Below are positions 6,869 to 10,155 of a DNA stretch of 10,155 nucleotides, piece by piece. Location: NCBI GenBank assembly GCA_964229335.1, contig CAXRCZ010000009.1, positions 1 to 10,155 of the forward strand, read 5' to 3'. Under the pieces are notes generated by a model. It was not told where the DNA came from, made no database searches, and was given only the letters and a program-made list of their open reading frames with translations. Each line of letters starts with the position of its first letter. The first letter of the stretch is position 1. This DNA comes from Minisyncoccia bacterium. Lineage in GTDB: Bacteria > Patescibacteriota > Minisyncoccia > Phycocordibacterales > UBA918. The translations under genes and the position numbers were made by a program.

Positions 6869-8047
6869 CTACTGATACTGGATATAGACGGGCTTGGGAG
6901 TAAATTGCAACATCTCTTTGGCCGTAAATATTCCGGTGCTTGGTGGTTTCAAGTCATTCTTATAAAAGACTTTTATCCCCGCAAATTGTACTGGTTCAGG
7001 CACAATCACATTTTTGTAAGTGCCGGTTTTTAGGTCTTTTGAACCCCAGCCATCCATATGCATAACCACTTGGACTTCTGGTCGAGGCTTAATGTCTTGG
7101 TAGTCAGTGACCATGTTTTGGGTAAAGCGGTGTACCACTAATACTTTTGGTGGCAGCTGATGTTCATTCACTATATCTGCGAGCCAGTCAATGGTGTAAT
7201 TGATATCTTCAGCACTAAAGGTGCCGACTACTAATCCAGGCGCATGACCACTTTTCATAGAGAATTCAGGATCGATTCCTAAGTGCACATCCGGTTCTTT
7301 GAGGTATTCAGTAAACTTTGGCAATTCTGCTTCAAGAGTACTCAAGCCGACCTGAAGATCGAGGAACATAATCCCATCAACTTCCTTGGCAATGGCATGA
7401 GCTTTCTCAACCTCTGTCTTTGGCATTACTGCTCGGTACATACCGTCGGCTCCAGCGTCTGCTTGCGCCACCATCGCAATATAATGAATCGCCGGTATCG
7501 CCGGAGTGGCTGGATCAGCCGCTTCCCATTCTGCCACGGTCTGCTGTAGGTGCGGAATAAGTTGTTCTTTATCAAGTTCACCAAGAATACCCATATACCG
7601 AGAATAGAGATTGCCGTAGTAGGCGACTATGCGATTGAAGGGAAGTAGTGCACCGCCATGAGGGTAGGGGTTTTGTGGTGGCCAGTTCTGACCGCGAACA
7701 GTTGTGTTGCTGTTATCACTTTCGACTAACTCATATTTAAGTTTTGTGGTGGTACCAGCTTCAGTTTGAATGGTTACTTCTTGCGCGAGCTTTTCAGGTG
7801 AAAAACCGGCTAGTGAGAGAAGTCGCCGGTTGTATTCTGTTTTGTCTAGTGGTTGAGGCCAACCCGTTGCCGCTTCTTTTTGCTCCTCACTCTGTGTGGA
7901 AGTAGCCGAAGCGGTAGCATTCTCGGTAGAAAAAGCAGTGAGTGCTGGTAACCCAACAACAGTCAACCAGATACACAGTGCTGTCAAAATTACAGCTATT
8001 GCTACTAGTATTCCGTTGTGCCAAGTTAATTTCAATACCAAAATCAT
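6869..8047 (-). CDS. membrane-anchored/secreted conserved hypothetical protein, possible TIM-barrel hydrolase-like domain
   Basis: 392-aa ORF with an N-terminal TM helix, S/T/A linker, then a globular domain (RIVAYYG, LDLQVG, VHLGIDPEF, LVVHRFT, HMDGWG). Start uncertain (ATG 8047 or TTG 8035). Confidence 0.8.
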   Translation of the reverse strand: MILVLKLTWHNGILVAIAVILTALCIWLTVVGLPALTAFSTENATASATSTQSEEQKEAATGWPQPLDKTEYNRRLLSLAGFSPEKLAQEVTIQTEAGTTTKLKYELVESDNSNTTVRGQNWPPQNPYPHGGALLPFNRIVAYYGNLYSRYMGILGELDKEQLIPHLQQTVAEWEAADPATPAIPAIHYIAMVAQADAGADGMYRAVMPKTEVEKAHAIAKEVDGIMFLDLQVGLSTLEAELPKFTEYLKEPDVHLGIDPEFSMKSGHAPGLVVGTFSAEDINYTIDWLADIVNEHQLPPKVLVVHRFTQNMVTDYQDIKPRPEVQVVMHMDGWGSKDLKTGTYKNVIVPEPVQFAGIKVFYKNDLKPPSTGIFTAKEMLQFTPKPVYIQYQ

Positions 8048-8302
8048 AGCACGAATTTAGGTCTCAAAATCAGTCACTAGCGTTAGTCTAAATACTTTTT
8101 TGCGATATCAATATAATTTTTCTGTTTCTCCTTATCAAATTTTGATGGGCGACGTGGTAGAGGTGAGACAGTTTGAGAAACTGTCGCAAGGCTCATTGAG
8201 ATATATTGAAGAATGAAAAATATCCAATGAGTAGACAGCTTCTGTAAGAAGGTTAGAACTGTGTTTGAAAATAGAAACGACACTACTATTTATATTCCAG
8301 TT

Positions 8303-8749
8303 CTAGTCTAGTTCTTCAATCAGTTTTTTCATCTCTGCAATCTCTCGTTCTTGCGCCGCAATGATTTCATCAGCTAATTCTCTTACACGTGGATCTTCAA
8401 TTTGAGCACGACTGCTGGTGAGGATGGCGATTGAGTGATGCGGAATCATTGCCTCCATGTAATCGACATCGTCAACCAATGCTTGGCTTCGGACAAGGAA
8501 AAGTGAGAGTGCAAAAAGCGCCATGCTCCCACCCACAATCATCTGGTTTGTCTTTCTGTCTGTGTACATGTGGCGCATAAACCACAACATGACAAGAGCC
8601 ATGACAGCAGTCATAATCAGATTCATATATAAACGTGTTTCACTAAAAAATACATGACCGAATTCGTAGGTATGCAAGTACATCAGCATGTACATAAGCA
8701 CTGATGAGGTGATAATCATTTGAAAGAATGTTTTGTATGAAGAATGCAT
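8303..8749 (-). CDS. DUF305 (ferritin-like) membrane protein
   Basis: Three Met-rich TM segments, then DVDYMEAMIPHHSIAI...ELADEIIAAQEREIAEM, the DUF305 HH signature. Confidence 0.88.
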   Translation of the reverse strand: MHSSYKTFFQMIITSSVLMYMLMYLHTYEFGHVFFSETRLYMNLIMTAVMALVMLWFMRHMYTDRKTNQMIVGGSMALFALSLFLVRSQALVDDVDYMEAMIPHHSIAILTSSRAQIEDPRVRELADEIIAAQEREIAEMKKLIEELD

Positions 8750-8776
8750 GTTGGGTAGTTAGATACTAATTACTTT

Positions 8777-8819
8777 CAGCTTAGCAAATTACAGAAGTAC
8801 ATTGAAATTTTGCTATAAT
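8777..8819. promoter_or_regulatory. back-to-back extended -10 promoters of the DUF305 locus
   Basis: Plus strand TGcTATAAT (8811-8819), 7 nt before ATG 8827; minus strand TGcTAAGCT (8785-8777) toward 8749. Confidence 0.6.
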
Positions 8820-8826
8820 TATTTGT

Positions 8827-9216
8827 ATGAAAATACTGGCAGTCAGTGTTGTTGCAGTAGTTTTTGGCGCAATGTTCGCGAGTCTATTTCATATGAGTAT
8901 GGATATGGACACGATGGCAACTGGTGGTGACTGCATGTATATGTCCCACGCAGAAACCTGGTGCCCGATGAATGCCACAGATCATATCGGGGCGTGGCAG
9001 GCAGTTTTTCAAGCCGTTGCTCCTTCAGTCATGCTTCTGCTAGTAACAGCTAGTGCACTCGCTCTGGTTGCAGCTGCTGCTCCGAACCTCATCACATCTA
9101 GACCGAGTACTATACGGATACTACAAAGACAGTTGCGAGAGCGAACCTATCTTTTCTCTTATCGACCACTGCAAGAACTGTTTGCTAGAGGCATTCTTCA
9201 CCCCAAACTATTTTAG
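8827..9216 (+). CDS. 2-TM Met/His/Cys-rich membrane protein, candidate metal-sensing leader ORF
   Basis: Perfect extended -10 upstream; TM1 (3-21), loop 22-53 with 7 Met, 3 His, 2 Cys, TM2 (about 68-85), basic tail ending LQELFARGILHPKLF. Confidence 0.8.
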   Translation: MKILAVSVVAVVFGAMFASLFHMSMDMDTMATGGDCMYMSHAETWCPMNATDHIGAWQAVFQAVAPSVMLLLVTASALALVAAAAPNLITSRPSTIRILQRQLRERTYLFSYRPLQELFARGILHPKLF

Positions 9217-9243
9217 TGAATAGGCATATCTATTATTCACTAA
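9213..9243 (+). promoter_or_regulatory. intergenic hairpin linking the upstream stop codon to the DUF305 initiation region
   Basis: TTAGTGAATA (9213-9222) and TATTCACTAA (9234-9243): perfect 10-bp inverted repeat, no T-tract after it. Confidence 0.6.
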
Positions 9244-9252
9244 CTTAAAGAC

Positions 9253-9867
9253 ATGAAAAACAATATAATTTTAGTAGCTGTAATTGCTCTTCTTATCGGA
9301 GGAATTGGTGGCTATATTATCGCAGGTAAGAATGATAAAAGTGAAGAAACTGTACCAAGGGGTATGCATCGCATGCCAGACGGTACGCTCATGAGTAATG
9401 GTTCTGGAATGAATGAGATGGACCACTCTGCCATGATGGTTTCAAGCGAGCGTGAATTTGTTGCGGGAATGATCCCACACCACCAAGAGGCAGTTGATAC
9501 TGCTAATGAAGTATTGGCTAGAGGTGGAACCAATGAACAGATAGTTGTTCTGGCAAACGAGATAATTGCCGCACAAGAAACAGAAATAGCTCTCTTAAAA
9601 GAATGGCACCAAGAGTGGTATGGGGTAGCATATACTCCTGATGGTTCATATCAACCCATGATGCGTAACCTGACAAATCTCTCTGGTGTAGAGTTGGATC
9701 GAACATTCCTCGAAGACATGATTCCTCATCACAAGGGAGCGATTATGATGGCGCAGAGTGTCAGACCATACATTGAACACCAAGAAATTACTGATATGGC
9801 AGACGCCATTATGGAAACACAGTCTGCCGAAATCGAGTTAATGCAAGATTTGTTGACCAAACTGTAG
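9253..9867 (+). CDS. DUF305 / CopM-like extracytoplasmic metal (copper)-binding protein
   Basis: N-terminal TM anchor, GMHRMPDGTLM and MNEMDHSAMM Met/His segments, and two DUF305 repeats (FVAGMIPHHQEAV...AQETEI; FLEDMIPHHKGAI...TQSAEI). Confidence 0.9.
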   Translation: MKNNIILVAVIALLIGGIGGYIIAGKNDKSEETVPRGMHRMPDGTLMSNGSGMNEMDHSAMMVSSEREFVAGMIPHHQEAVDTANEVLARGGTNEQIVVLANEIIAAQETEIALLKEWHQEWYGVAYTPDGSYQPMMRNLTNLSGVELDRTFLEDMIPHHKGAIMMAQSVRPYIEHQEITDMADAIMETQSAEIELMQDLLTKL

Positions 9868-9888
9868 TTCCAGTAACGTGTCACAGAG

Positions 9889-9916
9889 ACAAAAGACTCC
9901 CAATGGGAGTTTTTGT
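9889..9916. terminator. intrinsic terminator after the DUF305 gene (potentially bidirectional)
   Basis: ACAAAAGACTCCC-AAT-GGGAGTTTTTGT stem with T-tracts on both strands. Confidence 0.82.
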
Positions 9917-9920
9917 TTAT

Positions 9921-10155
9921 AGGGCGGCGAGAGTTCCAGTTTCTCACTAAGGGTCTAAAATATCAGAACTGAGATATTCTTGTATATCTTCACCAATTGA
10001 AGATATTTTGCGCTGGGCATCTTTATGATTCCGCTCGAACCTATTTCCAAGCGAAGCTTGGATGAACAACGCTGGCCGCGCCGAGTGCGTGGTGAGGCTG
10101 TACCTCAACGTACGCATTCGCGTGCGTGGTAACGCTAATGCGCACCTCCTCCCGT
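9921..10155. other. hairpin-rich unassigned region, possible structured ncRNA (truncated by window edge)
   Basis: At least five consecutive stem-loops and a 9-nt direct repeat; no recognised RNA family; a partial minus-strand CDS cannot be excluded. Confidence 0.35.

Noticed and set aside
8083-8283. 66-aa ORF from GTG 8283 as a confident CDS
   Set aside because: No SD or well-placed -10 and no recognisable motif; kept only as a low-interest possibility.
223-9947. Short antisense or alternate-frame ORFs (e.g. 223-429, 552-749, 1031-1243, 1307-1579, 2667-2975, 3499-3756, 3889-4230, 5278-5469, 7283-7549, 9312-9533, 9729-9947)
   Set aside because: They overlap better-supported genes and show no recognisable motifs or expression signals.
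9921-10155. tmRNA, RNase P RNA, or group I/II intron
   Set aside because: No tRNA-like T-arm/CCA end, no GAGGAAAGUCC or matching P4 strand, no domain V; GAAGATATAC only partly resembles the group I S element.
1-10155. CRISPR array, transposase, or phage/defence genes
   Set aside because: No regularly spaced repeats and no recognisable Cas, transposase, integrase or phage motifs.

Overview
Compact, mostly housekeeping bacterial chromosome segment. Gene style (short intergenic gaps, few Shine-Dalgarno sites, many apparently leaderless genes, ORFans) suggests Patescibacteria/CPR, possibly Parcubacteria; this taxonomic call is an inference. In order: tRNA-Val(TAC), a small basic ORFan, acylphosphatase, RluA-family pseudouridine synthase, rplS (L19) with a long acidic tail, a zincin-like hypothetical protein, tRNA-Leu(GAG), a Nudix hydrolase, a secreted Cys/Arg-rich ORFan, a minus-strand photolyase-TspO-membrane protein cluster, a secreted conserved hypothetical protein, and a divergent locus with two DUF305 (CopM-like) genes. 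The best candidate for an undescribed system is a 129-aa membrane ORF (8827-9216) with a Met/His/Cys-rich loop and a C-terminal LFARGILHP segment. Its stop codon lies in a hairpin that pairs with the initiation region of the downstream DUF305 gene, which is the layout of a metal-sensing ribosome-arrest leader. Also notable are a recurring -10/6-8 nt/ATG leaderless grammar, sometimes fused to terminators, and an unexplained hairpin-rich stretch at the right edge.
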